Assembly: GCA_965205025.1 (NCBI GenBank) | Contig: CBDBFU010000013.1 | Coordinates: 224,001 to 288,000, forward strand | Direction of reading: 5' to 3' | DNA length: 64,000 bases | Source: Candidatus Poribacteria bacterium | GTDB lineage: Bacteria; Poribacteria; WGA-4E; WGA-3G | Shown: positions 63,881 to 64,000 of the stretch, one piece after another | Layout: each line of letters starts with the position of its first letter | Numbering within the stretch: position 1 is the stretch's first letter | Made by a program: the position numbers and the translations under genes | The notes under the pieces: model-generated | The model's database searches: none | What the model saw: the letters and a program-made list of their open reading frames with translations, nothing else | Told to the model about the DNA's origin: nothing

Positions 63881-64000
63881 ATGAAAGATTTCGCATTTAC
63901 AGGGGGAAGACCCGACCCCTATACATTCCCAACAGAAGAACTTATAAAGGCAAGTGAGAAGGCATTACGAAAATTGGGTGGAGATTTAGTCAACTATCCA
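63881..64000 (+). CDS. PLP-dependent aminotransferase (class I/II-like), 5' part
   Basis: AAGGAG RBS; MKDFAFTGGRPDPYTFP...VNYP N-terminal pattern; runs off the window. Confidence 0.65.
   Translation, partial: MKDFAFTGGRPDPYTFPTEELIKASEKALRKLGGDLVNYP

Overview
Low-GC bacterial window, most likely Candidatus Poribacteria. This is inferred from the LRR-cohesin-dockerin-FlgD giant protein, a C-terminal VxPxGK..TWxxLK motif, an Rpn nuclease and a DUF6785-like gene, not from a marker gene. It has three parts. (1) A left defence island (1-15.1 kb): a Type III-like mod (1026-3968) and res (11289-14264) separated by about 7 kb of cargo (TA module, DUF4268-type nuclease, small membrane genes headed by CRISPR-like repeats). 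(2) A housekeeping core (15.2-49.7 kb): tRNA-Val, tRNA-Asp, serS, bioB, pyrK, glycosyltransferases, copA, rimI, catabolic genes and a Septu-like ATPase+HNH pair. (3) A right defence island (49.85-63.66 kb) bounded by a 38-bp inverted repeat (37/38 identical). It encodes a PLD-SNF2 helicase, a putative SeqA-like protein, an N6-adenine MTase and an ABC-ATPase/TOPRIM nuclease, with a RAYT transposase and REP arrays inserted inside the operon. Intergenic DNA holds many hairpin (REP-like) families, TIR shells carrying different REPs, and tiny elements inserted into the loops of other hairpins. Many genes carry single-base insertions, probably long-read errors. All calls come from motif reading by eye; no searches were run.
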